Source: the human T2T-CHM13v2.0 reference genome, Homo sapiens
Assembly: GCF_009914755.1 (NCBI RefSeq)
Contig: NC_060932.1
Length of the DNA: 64,000 bases
Reading direction: 5' to 3' (one strand)
The translations under genes were made by a program, and so were the position numbers. This document shows positions 1 through 14,183 of this stretch, one piece after another (the stretch's first letter is position 1; each line of letters begins with the position of its first letter). Under the pieces are notes generated by a model. It saw only the letters and a program-made list of their open reading frames with translations, made no database searches and was not told the DNA's origin.

Positions 1-55
1 TATTCTTTTAGGAACTTGCTGTGCAGAAATATATATATATTCATATATAAAGTCA

Positions 56-2066
<2,011 letters not shown>

Positions 2067-2068
2067 TA

Positions 2069-2269
2069 TATTATATAATGAGTCAATAAACTAAAAAACA
2101 CATGACACTAGGTTATGTATATTAATCAACTGACAAAAATCTTGTGACCAGAGGCTCACAGAAACCTAACCTTTTATTTCCCCCAGGAGCAATGCTTCAA
2201 TATTTTCTAATTCAGTGTTCCAAGTAACTTTATAAGACACAACTACTGTGAATAATAAGAATTGACATG
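2069..2269 (+). mobile_element. MER82-like element, 3' part
   Basis: gtgaccagaggctcacagaaacctaacc...aattgacatg|ta terminus continues the 348-785 segment. Confidence 0.75.
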
Positions 2270-4498
2270 TACACACATCCAACACTGTCTTCAAGAAAAA
2301 AAAATCAATTTGGGGAGATATAAAAATAAAGATAATGCAAATGGAAGCATCTGAGTGACACTCAAAGAAAACAACTCAAACACATTGGCAGCTGAATGGA
2401 GAATGAGTCCATCTATTGAACTAATTTTTGGTATTCAAGTAAAACTCTTTCCTGCCAATAAAATGGAGGGGTGGCACCTACTGCTTGGCTGCTTTCTGCC
2501 TTTTTTTTTTTTTTTAGTACAAACAAGGCTGTACTCAAAATATGGATAAACATATCCATGTGAATTTTATATAAGGTTCTCCCTTGTAGAATAATTTTTC
2601 CTCATTTTCCTCACGTAGCAAAGAGAATGTTTCTTTGATCTCTTCCTGCCATCTAGGCAGTGCAATTCAAACTGCTGTTTAATATCCTTTGCCCTGGTTT
2701 ATGTTCCCTGAAAGTGACAGATCGTTCTGTTTGTAATCTGCATATAATCTGTATTTCTGCCAAGTTTCAGCTCTTGTTTTTCCTATTTAGCAGTGGACCA
2801 AAGTTTCAAGTGAAGCATTTAAAGCTGGAGTTTGCAATTCACAAATGAAAAAAAATTAACTTAAAAACGTCGTTCTTGGAGGAGTGAGACTTGGATTAAT
2901 TTGACTTTTTCTATCATTTAACATGATATCAAATGCTTGAAGGAACTTCAGAAATTCTGGCAGAATATCAGCCAAGGCCTGGTTTTCTCCTGCTGCCTCT
3001 CTCCACTGTCCTCCTCTTCTTCTCCCTCCTGAGGTTCACAGAAGAGTCCATCTATAGCATAGATGTCATGATATTGAGTTCATTAATTCACGGTTTCTAA
3101 GACTTGATCAGTGATTTTTTTTCCTTTCTTCTTCTTTTTATTTCATATCTGGGGCCCTTCCATCGTCTCTCCAGGAGCACCCGTTAGCTCCCTTTGGCTG
3201 GCTCTCTCCCCTTCTCTCCCTCCCTTCCTTCTCTTCCCCTCACAGCGGGCTCATTAATCCAGTGCCTTTACCCCAAAACAATTAATCCCAGGTTTTCTTC
3301 AGATTTTCTGTGTGCCTCTGATTTCTCTACTCAGACTCTTCACTTTTTCCAATCAATTCCCAGTCATTTGTCTTCATGAGAGTCCATTTCCTATCTAGGA
3401 TCACCTGGGTTTAGCTTTTGCCAGAGCATTTTTTTTCTACCAGACCCACAGGTGGTTTAAGGAGAATTTAGAACAGCGTATCTAAGTGCAGTTACTGCTG
3501 AATGATCTTGGGGTCAGTAGGCATGACTGAGAGGAGGAAGTCCATCAGCCCAGGACAATGAGCAGGTGGCTTTGGGCACAAGCAACCCACACAATTGTAT
3601 ATTTTCTTTGAGGTTGGCTGCCATTATATGATCTCAGTGTTATAACAGTAGACTGATTCAGTTACTCTTAAAAGCACCAAAATCTATTAAAAATAGTTTA
3701 TAGAAGAAAAAAAGAAGGATCCTTAAACATATAATATTGAAAGCACTAAATCCAACTGTTGCAATTTATGAATAAGTTATTTACAAGTTTTACTAGAAGT
3801 AGGACCATAACTCAGGCCTATAGAGTTCTAGTTCAGTGCTATTTAATTTTTAAGTAATTAATCAATGATTGGCAAGTGTAGCAAAGTAATTAATGACTGG
3901 CAAATATTTGGGCTTGTTTCATTATTAAAATCAATCCTTTTATTAATCAGTATTGTGAATTAGTATAATCATTAGTTTTTGGTGAATATTTTCAGTTGCC
4001 TTGCAGATAGACATTTTTAACAACTTTATAGAGGTATAACTGGCTTACAATAAACTGCATATATTTAAAGTACCCAGTTTGACAAAATTTGACATATGTG
4101 TATGCTCTTGGAACCATCACCACAAAGCAAAATAATGAACGTATCTGTTACCATCACACATTTCCTTGAGACCTTTTGTAATTCCTCCCTCCCACTCCTT
4201 TTCGTTCCATCCATGCCTCCCAGGTTTGGCAACCACTGATTTGTCTTATGTCACCATACGTCAGGGTGTATTTCCTAGGATCTTATCTAAACGGAATTGT
4301 ACAGCGTGTACTTATTTTTGTCTTTATTTTCTTTTTGACTCAGCATAGTTTTTTCAGATTCGTCCATGCCATTGCCTGAATCAATAGTTTGGTTCACTTC
4401 ATTGCTGAGTAGAATCCTGTTGTGTGGATCTACCATACTTGTCTTTATCCATTCACCTGTTGATGGGCATTTGGGTTGCCCCCTTTTGGGGTTGTAGA

Positions 4499-4710
4499 CA
4501 TAGTTTTCCAACTTTGGAAGGGTTAACATTTGGGGCTGGCCAATTCTTTGTCACAGGAGCTGTTCTGTGCACTGTAGAATGTTCAGCAGAATTCTTGATC
4601 TCTACCCATTATATGCCAATTGCACCCCTGCAATGTGACAACCAAAAACGTCTCCAGACGTTGGCAGATATCCTCTGGGAAGCAAAGTCACCTCAAATTG
4701 CAAACTATTG
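4499..4710 (-). mobile_element. MER20 (hAT-Charlie) DNA transposon
   Basis: tgtgacaaccaaaaacgtctccagac and gctgttctgtgcactgtagaatg core; ~210 bp. Confidence 0.8.
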
Positions 4711-4877
4711 GGCAAAAAACAGAGCTGCTCTGAATATTCAAGTAGAAGATTTTGTATTGAAAATACGCCTTCATTTCTCTTGGGTAAATACAGCAGTGGA
4801 ATGGCTAGGTCATATAGGTGCTTATTTAACTTAAAAAAAAATCAAATGGTATTCAAAAGTGATTAAAAGTTTCCTCC

Positions 4878-5176
4878 AGCTGGGCGCGTTGGCTCACACC
4901 TGTAATCCCAACACTTTGGGAGGCCGAGGTGGGCTGATCACCTGAGGTTGGGAGTTGGAGACCAGCCTGGCCAACATGGAGAAACCCCCGTCTCTACTAA
5001 AGATACAAAATTAGCCGGGTGTGGTGGCGCATGCCTGTAATCCCAGCTACTTGGGAGGCTGAGGCAGGAGAATTGCTTAAACCCGGGAGGCGGAGGTTGC
5101 GGTGAGCCTAGATGGCACCGTTGCACTCTAGCCTGGGCAACAAGAGCATAACTCTGTCTCAAAAAAAAAAAAAAAA
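4878..5176 (+). mobile_element. Alu SINE (AluSp/Sq-like)
   Basis: Full dimer; TSD aaaagtttcctcca / aaaagttccctcca. Confidence 0.95.
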
Positions 5177-5719
5177 GTTCCCTCCAGCAGCGTGTGAGAG
5201 TTCAAGTTCCTCAACATCCTTGCCAACACTAGATGTGGTCAGTGTTTTCAATTTTACACATTCTAATAGGAGTGAAGTGGTATCTCACTGTGTTTTTACT
5301 TTTCATTTATCTGATGACTAACAATATTGAGCATCTTCATATGCTTATCTTCTTTGGTGGAGTTCTTGGAGATCATAATCTTTCATCACTTGATGACCCA
5401 TATCTTTAAAACTGTTGTTTCATATATTTTGTCCATGTATTTAGTAGTTGCAGGTTGGAGGGTAGACCCAATCCCTGAGAGTTGGTCTTGGCTGAAAGCA
5501 GGACTCTGGACACCTGCCCACACATGTTTTCCTAGCAGTTACTCACAGCCACGTAACTCCCTGCTGTATGTCCCCTCTTTCTTCAATTTCCAGTCCTTAG
5601 ACTTTTGCTTTTCTTGTTTTTGGCTTTTAACATTAGTTTGCTTAATGAAAAGTTTATATCATGTGTTTTCTCTTCTTGTTCTGATTTGCTGACTTCTGTT
5701 GCATCTTTAAAAATTGCCA

Positions 5720-6000
5720 AGGAGCTTATGCACAGTGGCTTACGCCTGTAATACCAGCACTTTGGGAAGAGTGTTAGAGGCCAGGAGTTCAAGACCAGCC
5801 TAGCAACAAAGTGAGATTGCTTCTCCTCATGGGGTCTCTACAGATTTTTTTTTTTTTTTTAATCAGCCAAACATGATCCTAGCTACTTGGGAGATTGAAG
5901 TGGGAGAATTGTTTGAGCTCAGGAGTTCGAGGCTGCAATGAGCTATGATTGTGCCACTGCACTCCAGAATGGAGCAAAACCCTATCTCTAAGAAAAAAAA
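5720..6000 (+). mobile_element. Diverged Alu (AluJ-like) with a T-rich linker
   Basis: Alu motifs; TSD aaaaattgcca on both sides; T16 at 5845-5860. Confidence 0.85.
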
Positions 6001-6164
6001 TTGCCATGGTAGCTAAATGATGTTTACAAGTTTTAATTAAATAACCAGATACACAAAGGATTAAGAGGATAAATGGATGGAAGGGATGGATAAAGATTGA
6101 AAATATCACTTCATTCCACGTAGAGATTTACTTTTGGTGTCCTTACAAGTAAACTGGTAGAAAA

Positions 6165-7112
6165 GAAAACAAGTTATAAAATGGGTTTCATCAAAGTTAA
6201 ACACTTTAAGAATAAAAGTTAATAAAGCAATAAAGTAAGCTACAGATTGGAAGCAAATATTTGCAACACATTCAACTTTATACAGCTTAAAAATAAAAGT
6301 GGTCAAAAGACATTAACATGCACTTCATAAAAGGAGGTATGCAAATGGCCAGTGAGTGTGCAAGGGTGGACATCATCCTTAGTCATTAGGGAAATGAAAA
6401 TTGAAACTGCAGTGATACTACTACACATCCACTAGAATGACTATTACTAAAAGGACTAAAAGGACTGACTATGCCAAATACTGGAAAAGATATGGAGCAA
6501 CTGGAACTCTCATACATTGCTTGTGGGAATGCAATATTGTACAGTCACTTTGGAAAATGGTTTGACAGTGTTTTATAATGTTAAATACTTATTTATCCTA
6601 TGAATCATCAATCTGAGTCCTAGATATTTTTCTTTTGGAGATGAAAACATATGTCTGTGCAAAAAACTTTTATGTAATATTTATAGAAGAATTATTCATA
6701 ATAGTTCAGAACTGGAAAGCCCAAATGTTCATCAATAGGTGAATGGATAAACTTGACATGGCCTTATATGGAATACTACTCAGCAATAACAAAGAGTGAA
6801 ATGCTAATACATGTAACAATCTGGAAGAATCTCAAAAATATGCTTAATGAAAGAAAAAGACTACACATGTATGATCTAATTTATATGAAATCCTAGAAAT
6901 GGCTAAAACTATAGTGACATAGGGCAGAACAGTCATTCTTGGGGTCGGGGAGAGAACCAGCTGCAAAAGGACAGGAAGAAACATTTTGGGTAATGGAAAT
7001 GTTTTATATTTTGACTGCGTTGTAGTTATGCAACTGTTTACAATTGCCCAAATTCATCCAACTGTACACTTAACAGAGGGGAATTTTATTGTATGTAAAT
7101 TATCCTTCAATA
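6165..7112 (+). mobile_element. L1ME/L1MC-like 3' fragment
   Basis: Sense ORF2 C-terminal and 3' UTR motifs (ggagcaactggaactctcatacattgc, caataggtgaatggataaac). Confidence 0.8.
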
Positions 7113-7971
7113 CAGCTTGAGTAGGGGAGTAAATGGGTGATATTTAAATTGGAAAGATAAATGGGGAATAACTATTTTCTATAGTGAATGGTGCAGTTTC
7201 TGAGCTGACATCTCATTCTGTGTTTAGGCTCTTCCACACTTTGTGGACACGCTTTCTTCAGGGATGTTTTAAAGAAAATAATATAAAACTTTGACGTGTC
7301 TTCAATTTTTTACTGAAAACTGTAATACAAGTGCTGCACAAATCACTAGGAACATGCTACAAAACCAAACTAAACTTGCAAATATGTGATTAGCAATTTA
7401 GGCTGGGAAGTGAAGACACACTACTGGCTCCTTATATTTTACTATCTTTGCTTTAAAAATGTGTGCTGTTAGACTGTGATTAAGGTGTTTGGGTGAAACA
7501 TAATGAAAGAAAGAAACAGAATGAAAGAAAGAGCACTACTGAAAACATGTACTTTCCTGACTGAGGAATATTAAAATCAAAGCCTAATTTGACAGCTTAA
7601 ATGTTGTAGGTTCAGCAATAAATAGTGGTGTGTTCAATAGTGACCTTTTTCCCTTGGGTCTTTGAAACCTGAGATCCACTTTGATTTTCTGAGCTAAAGT
7701 GTCCTGAATGGAAATATTGCCAGAATTATGCTTTAAAAACACAGGCAGTAAAACCTTGGAAGCATATAGAGAAAAAGGTCTTCAAGTTGTAAATCCCAGT
7801 GGGTAAGGGGTTTTTCAAAACACAATTTCTGGAAAATCTCTTGCTTTTCTAATCTACAGTGTGGTGCATTAAACAGGGCTTACAGACTTGTGTCCAATAA
7901 TGGTACCCTGTGGGAACAGGAGGGCGTGTGCTGCTGAGCACCAGGACACTCTTCTCTTGCTTTCTCCTTTG

Positions 7972-8281
7972 TTTGTTTGTTTGTTTGTTTTTGAGACAGA
8001 GTCTTGCTCTGTCGCCCAGGCTAGAATGCAGTGGCATGATTTTTCAGCTCACTGCAACTTCCACCTCCTGGATTCAAGCGATTCTCCTGCTTTAGCCTCC
8101 TGAGTAGCTGTGATTATAGGCACCCGCCACCACACCCGGCTAATTTTTTTGTATTTTTAGTAGAGACAGGGTTTCACCATGTTGGTCAGGCTGGTCTGGA
8201 ACTCCTGACTGACCTCAGGTGATCCGACCCCTCAGCCTCCCAAAGTGCTGGGATTACAGGTGTGAGCCACAGTGCCTGGCC
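7972..8281 (-). mobile_element. Alu SINE (AluS-like)
   Basis: Antisense Alu with (TTTG)n tail; TSD ctttctcctttg. Confidence 0.95.
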
Positions 8282-8337
8282 TCTACTTTCTCCTTTGATG
8301 CTTCGTTCGGCTTCCTGATTGGAGTTTAGAACTCATT

Positions 8338-8408
8338 TCTTTCTCTCTCTCTCTCTCGCTCTCTGTCTGTCTCTTTCTCTCTTTCTCTCTGTCTCTCTCT
8401 CCCTCTTT
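8338..8408. repeat. (CT)n-rich microsatellite
   Basis: Visible imperfect ctctct run. Confidence 0.9.
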
Positions 8409-8564
8409 AGTAGATACATCAACTTCCTCCAAAATCAAATATCACAAATTCTCATTTGTGATAAAGAATTTTGTAAAAACCAGTGTTCTGACAAACTTAT
8501 GTCACACTTGTGCCTGAAACATTTGTGTATTACAGATAAAAGGGGCCCATGGAAAGTGGGTTGC

Positions 8565-8715
8565 TGAGAACACTGGGCCTGGAAGTTGGACAGAGTTTGA
8601 ATGTTGGCTCCACTATTGATTCTGTTTTTACTAGGTACATGATTTTGAGCCAGTGTCTTAAACTTTCTAGGCCTCAGTTTCCTTATCCATAAAGTGGAAT
8701 TAATGCCTTGCAAAA
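8565..8715 (+). mobile_element. MIR SINE
   Basis: Core gcctcagtttccttatccataaagtgg. Confidence 0.7.
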
Positions 8716-9161
8716 TTTTTGAGAGGAGATATTGTATCTCAAACCTGAATGTCCCTTACGTTTGCCACTAAATCTACAGCATCCTAGTCTCCCATCTGCC
8801 ACATGAAAGGACCACCTCCCTGTCTTCTCTAGGTTCCCTAGGAGCGCTGTTTCACTTGCAGGCTGAGGAGCAGACTGAGTTTCTGCAGTCAGTTTGGCTC
8901 CACTGTTCTTTGGCTACGCTGCCTGTCTTGGTTGAGGCTGAGCTGGGCTCGGTGCCGGTGAAGTGGTGTCTCTGCCTGCATGGGTCTCTGCCTGGTGCCA
9001 AGAGCTTCTACTCCACGTGCCTACACTTCTCTGCTGCTCCTCTGAGTCTCTGTAAGAGGGAGGTGTCTTCTGTAAGAGGGAGGTGTCTTCTGTTTGCATC
9101 CCCTTCACTCTGCAAATTACCAGGAATGCTTGTTCCCTTGGTACGAGCCTGGCCTGGAGTA

Positions 9162-9262
9162 GCCCAGCTAATTTTTGCATTTTTTCATAGAGACGGGGTT
9201 TCACCCAGGTTGGAGTGCAGTGATGTGATCACAGTTCGCTGCAACCTCTAACTCCAGGGCTC
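9162..9262 (-). repeat. 101-bp chimeric Alu fragment duplicated from 10366-10466
   Basis: 7 mismatches in 101 bp against 10366-10466, including shared non-consensus bases. Confidence 0.85.
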
Positions 9263-9549
9263 CGTGGTTCCCATCATGGCTGCCTTCTTCTCCAGCTCCC
9301 CTGGTCCATGAGACAGACCTGCTTGTGCCCAGACCGAAAATGCAGACAGTATCCACGTAGGTGCTTTCCCGAGGGTCTTGTCCATGTAGGTGCTTTCCGG
9401 AGGGGATCGTGGGTCCTGTAAACTCAGGAGATGGATTGTGGGATCATAATGTCCATGTTTTTGTTTCTGTTTTTAAATACTTGTTTTTTTTTCTACCTAT
9501 GGTGATATCTCTAAATATTACAGTTTAGTTTTACCTTTTTGAAATTTAA

Positions 9550-10162
<613 letters not shown>

Positions 10163-10215
10163 TAATAAAATTATTTTTCACGTATTCCTTTATGTCTTTG
10201 ATTTTTTTGCTCACT

Positions 10216-10652
10216 TTTTTTTTTTCTTGATGGAGTTTCGCTCTTTAGCCCAGGCTGGAGTGCAGTGGTGCGATCTCGGCCCACTGCAACCTCTGCCTTC
10301 CTGTTTTAAGTGATTCTTCTGCCTTAGCCTCCTGAGTAGCTGGGATTACAGGCATCCGCCAACACGCCCAGCTAATTTTTGTATTTTTTCATAGAGAGGG
10401 GGTTTCACCCAAGTTGGAGTGCAATGATGTGATCATAGTTCGCTGCAGCCTCTAACTCCTGGGCTCAAGTGATCCTCCTGAGTAGCTAGGGGTACAGATG
10501 CATGCCGAGCTAATTTTTTAATTGTTTGTAGACAGGGTCTTGCTATGTTGCCCAGACTGGTCTTAAACTCCTGGCCTTAGCGATTCTCCTGATCCTCCCA
10601 CCTCAGCATCCCAAAGTGTTGGAATTACAGATGTGAGCCACGGTGCCTGGCC
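10216..10652 (-). mobile_element. Chimeric Alu: AluS right arm and linker fused to an AluJ
   Basis: After ggtttcaccc the sequence jumps to aagttggagtgca (another right arm) at ~10410. Confidence 0.85.
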
Positions 10653-10654
10653 CT

Positions 10655-10985
10655 CACTCTATGTTAATAGGATTCGTCAATGTTGGGAATAGCCATGGCT
10701 GTTCATTTTCATTACTATATGCTATTCTATTGTACATACACACCACAATTTGTCCATCTGCTCTAGTGCTGATGGTAGTTGGCTTATTTCCAGCTTCTCA
10801 CTATTATAAACAAAACCGTGATGAACCCTCTTGTACATGGCTCTGTACACAGTGTATAGGAAATTCTCCAAGCTGCATGTGCAAGAGCGTCATAGAGGGG
10901 TCACCCTGTATGCATATCTCCTACTTTATAGGTTAATCCAAAGCTTTTTTCCAAAGAGATTATACCAACTTACATCCCTGTCAAA
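10655..10985 (-). mobile_element. L1ME-like fragment
   Basis: Antisense L1 3' motifs (caccacaatttgtccatc, ttataccaacttacatccc). Confidence 0.6.
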
Positions 10986-11824
10986 TAAATCAACATTAGT
11001 TGATCACCAACTATGTTATTTAGGTCTTGGAGGAAGAAGCAATAAACAGAACAGACAAAATCCCTGCCAGCATTGAGTTTATATTAAAGTGGATGGTGAC
11101 AAATTAAAAAAAATAATATTACAAATGTAAATGAAATGAAACAATAATGCATAGTAAGGGGGGAGAGGGTAAGAGTGGAGTGAAGTGCTCTTTCAAGCAA
11201 AGGTAATTGTGGTGGACTTTCTACCTCTTCAAGGAGGTCAAGGTCAGATTTAAAGATTTATGAACTTGGACTTCTTGTTTTCACTTCTGTAAGATGTAAG
11301 GAGCTTGGAAGTCATCTCTCTGTCCTAACAACAAGTAAAAACCTGAACAGACACAAACATCAGCAACTCTTTTTGGGTCTACAAGGAGGGAAGGACACAG
11401 AGTAAAGTGCTGCCTGCAAGATTGGAGAGACAAACAAGTGAATCCAGGGAGCCATGATTTACTGGAGCAGATACCCATAAGCAGAAACCTCTGCAGAAAT
11501 TAATGCCAGGGAAGGAAAACCTGAACTGTAAATGACAAATTGGTGGAGCCTCAGAGTGGGCAAAGCTGAGAGTTAAAACTCCAGAGGGATCCACTGATAG
11601 GTGTGCTTCCACAATATTAGGGGATTTACCTCCGGAGCTTATCCAGGTTCCCACACTAAATATTGGAGGAAAATCCCCTCGTTCTTCTGACAGGGGAGGG
11701 GAAAATGAATCCCTTTGAAATACACCAGTGTATTCTGTTAATAAGGTCTGTCCTTAGGAGAAACAAGTTAGCTAGAGCCTGTCTTGCTGGGGTATTATCA
11801 GAGCCTAAAGACCTGGGGAAGGAC

Positions 11825-12103
11825 TGGCTGGGCAGGTTGGCCCATGCCTGTAATCCTAGCACTCTGGGAGGGCGAGGCAGGGGGATCACTTGAGGTCAGG
11901 AGTTTGAGACCAGCCTGGCCAACATGGTGAAACCTCTTCTCTACTAAAAATACAAAAATTAGCCAGGCGTGGTGATGCACTCTTGTAATCCCAGCTACTT
12001 GGGAGGCTGAGGCAGGAGAAACGTTTGATGGAGGTTGCAGTGGGCCGAGATCGTGCCACTGCACTCCAGCCTGAGTAACAGAGTGACATTCCATCAAAAA
12101 AAT
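11825..12103 (+). mobile_element. Alu (AluS-like) in the L1 5' UTR
   Basis: TSD aaagacctgggg(a/g)ag. Confidence 0.95.
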
Positions 12104-12381
12104 TTTAATTTAATTTAAAAAGACCTGGGGGAGGGAAATACCTAATTCCAGTCAGCTTTAGCTTTCCACATGGAGAAAAGAGGTAAACACCCACCTGTAG
12201 CCCACTGTAACCATCCTGTCCCACCTAAGAGGGAGGAAGAACTGAGGAGTACTTGTGAAGGTCACCATCCAGAGTCACAGGCTCACTAAAAGACTGAGAC
12301 CTAATCGCAGGAATTCAGAATGCTTTCTCCCTGCACCCCTTGCCACCACAGCACTAAAGGTCATTTACAGCTATTTTTTTA

Positions 12382-13650
12382 ATGTGGTACATAATGTCCA
12401 GCTACCAAGAAACAATTGTAAGACATACCAGAGGGCAAAAAAACCCAACACAATTTGAAGAAACAGAGCAGGTATCAGAACCAGACTCAGACATGGAAGG
12501 GATGCTGGAATTATTAGACCAGGAGTTTAAAACAACTGTGATTAATATGCTAAAGACTCTCATGGGTGAAGAAGACAGCATACAAGAACAGATGGACAGT
12601 GGAAGCACAGAAATGGAAATCCTAAGAAAGAACCAAAAAGAAATGCCAGAGATCAAAAATGCTGTAACAGAAATGAAGGATGTCTTTGATGGGCTTATTA
12701 GTAGATTGGACATGGCTGAGGAAAGGCTCTCTGAGCTTGAAGATATGTCAATAGAAACTCCAAAATGTGAAAAGCAAAGAAAGCAAAGAACAAAAAACCA
12801 AAACAATGTCTCAGGACTATGAGACAACTACAAAAGATATAACATACACATAACGGGAATACCAGAAGGAGCAGAAAGAAAGAAAGGAAAGAAATATTTG
12901 AAATAATAATGACTGAGAATTTTTCCCCAAGTTAATATCAGACACCAAACTACAGATCCAGGAAGCTCGGAAAATACCAAGCAGGATAAATGCCAACAAA
13001 ACTACACCTTAGCATATCATTTTCAAACTACAGAAAATCAAAGATATGGAAAAACATCCTTAAAGAAGCCAGAAGGGAAAAATACTTTACTTGTAGAGGA
13101 CCAAAATAAGAACTACATCTGACTTATTCTCAGAAGTCATGCAAGCAAGAGGAAAGTGGAGTGAAATATTTAGAGTTGAAGTCAGGTACAGTGGCTCATG
13201 CCTGTAATCCCAGCACTTTGGGAGGCTGAGGTGGAAGCATCACTTGAGCCTAGAAGTTTGAGACCAGACTGGGCAACTTAGGGAGACCTTGTCTATACTA
13301 AACATTTTAAAAATTAGCCAGGTGTGGTGGTGTGCACCTGTAGTCCCAGCTGTTCAGGAGGCTGAGGTGGGAGGATTGCTTGAGCCCACAAGTTCAAGGC
13401 TGCAGTGAGCTATGGGTGACATGAGTCTGGGTAACAGAGAGAGACCCCGTCTCAAAAATAACAAATAAATAAAGTGTTGAGAGGAAAAAACCACCAACCT
13501 AGAATTCTGTACCCTGAGAAAGTATCCATCAAAAGTGACAGAGAAATAAAGACTTTCTCATACAAACAAAATTTGAGAGAATTTGTTGCCAGAAGATCTG
13601 CCTTCCAAGAAATGTTAAAAAATATTCTTTAGAGAGAAAGGAAATGATAT
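12382..13650 (+). pseudogene. L1 ORF1p remnant, disrupted
   Basis: MEILRKNQKEMPEIKNAVTEMKDVFDGLISRLDMAEERLSELED coiled coil; later frameshifts and an Alu insertion. Confidence 0.8.
13181..13472 (+). mobile_element. Alu (AluJ-like) in L1 ORF1
   Basis: Full Alu with an A-rich tail. Confidence 0.9.
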
Positions 13651-14183
13651 AGGTCAGAAACTCAAATTTGCATAGAGAAAGGAAGAGTATCAAAGAATGA
13701 ATAAGTAAAAGTAAAATATTTTATTTTTCTTATTCTTAATTGATGTAAAGATAACAGTTTATTCAAAATAATAATAATAGCAACAATATATTCAATTATG
13801 TGTGCCTATGTATTCTCATATATAAGTGAAATGAATGACAGCAATGACACAAGGGATAGAAAGGAGAAATTAAGATTATTTTATCATTCCAAGATACTCA
13901 CACTACTTGAAGTGGTACAGGGTTACTTGAAAATAGACTTGGATTAGTTATAAATATATGTTGCAAACTCTAGAGTAACCATTAAAAAAGTAAAAAAAAA
14001 AACCACACAAGTATAATTAGCATGTAAAGAAAAGTGAGAAAATGAAATCATTGAAATGCTCTATTACAACCACCAAAGGCAGAAAAAGAGTGAAAGACAA
14101 AAATAGGAACAAAGAACCAGGGCAGCAAATAGAAAATAGCAACAAATGTGGTAGATATTAATTCAACTATATCAATGACCGCT

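Larger units (their letters stand above)
4015..5350 (-). mobile_element. Old L1M 3' fragment, interrupted by MER20 and an Alu
   Basis: Antisense L1 3' UTR/ORF2-end motifs (ccatcaccac, atccattcacctgttgatgggcatttgg, gtggtatctcactgtg). Confidence 0.8.

Noticed and set aside
12402-12827. 141-aa minus-strand ORF
   Set aside because: Antisense shadow of the L1 ORF1 remnant.
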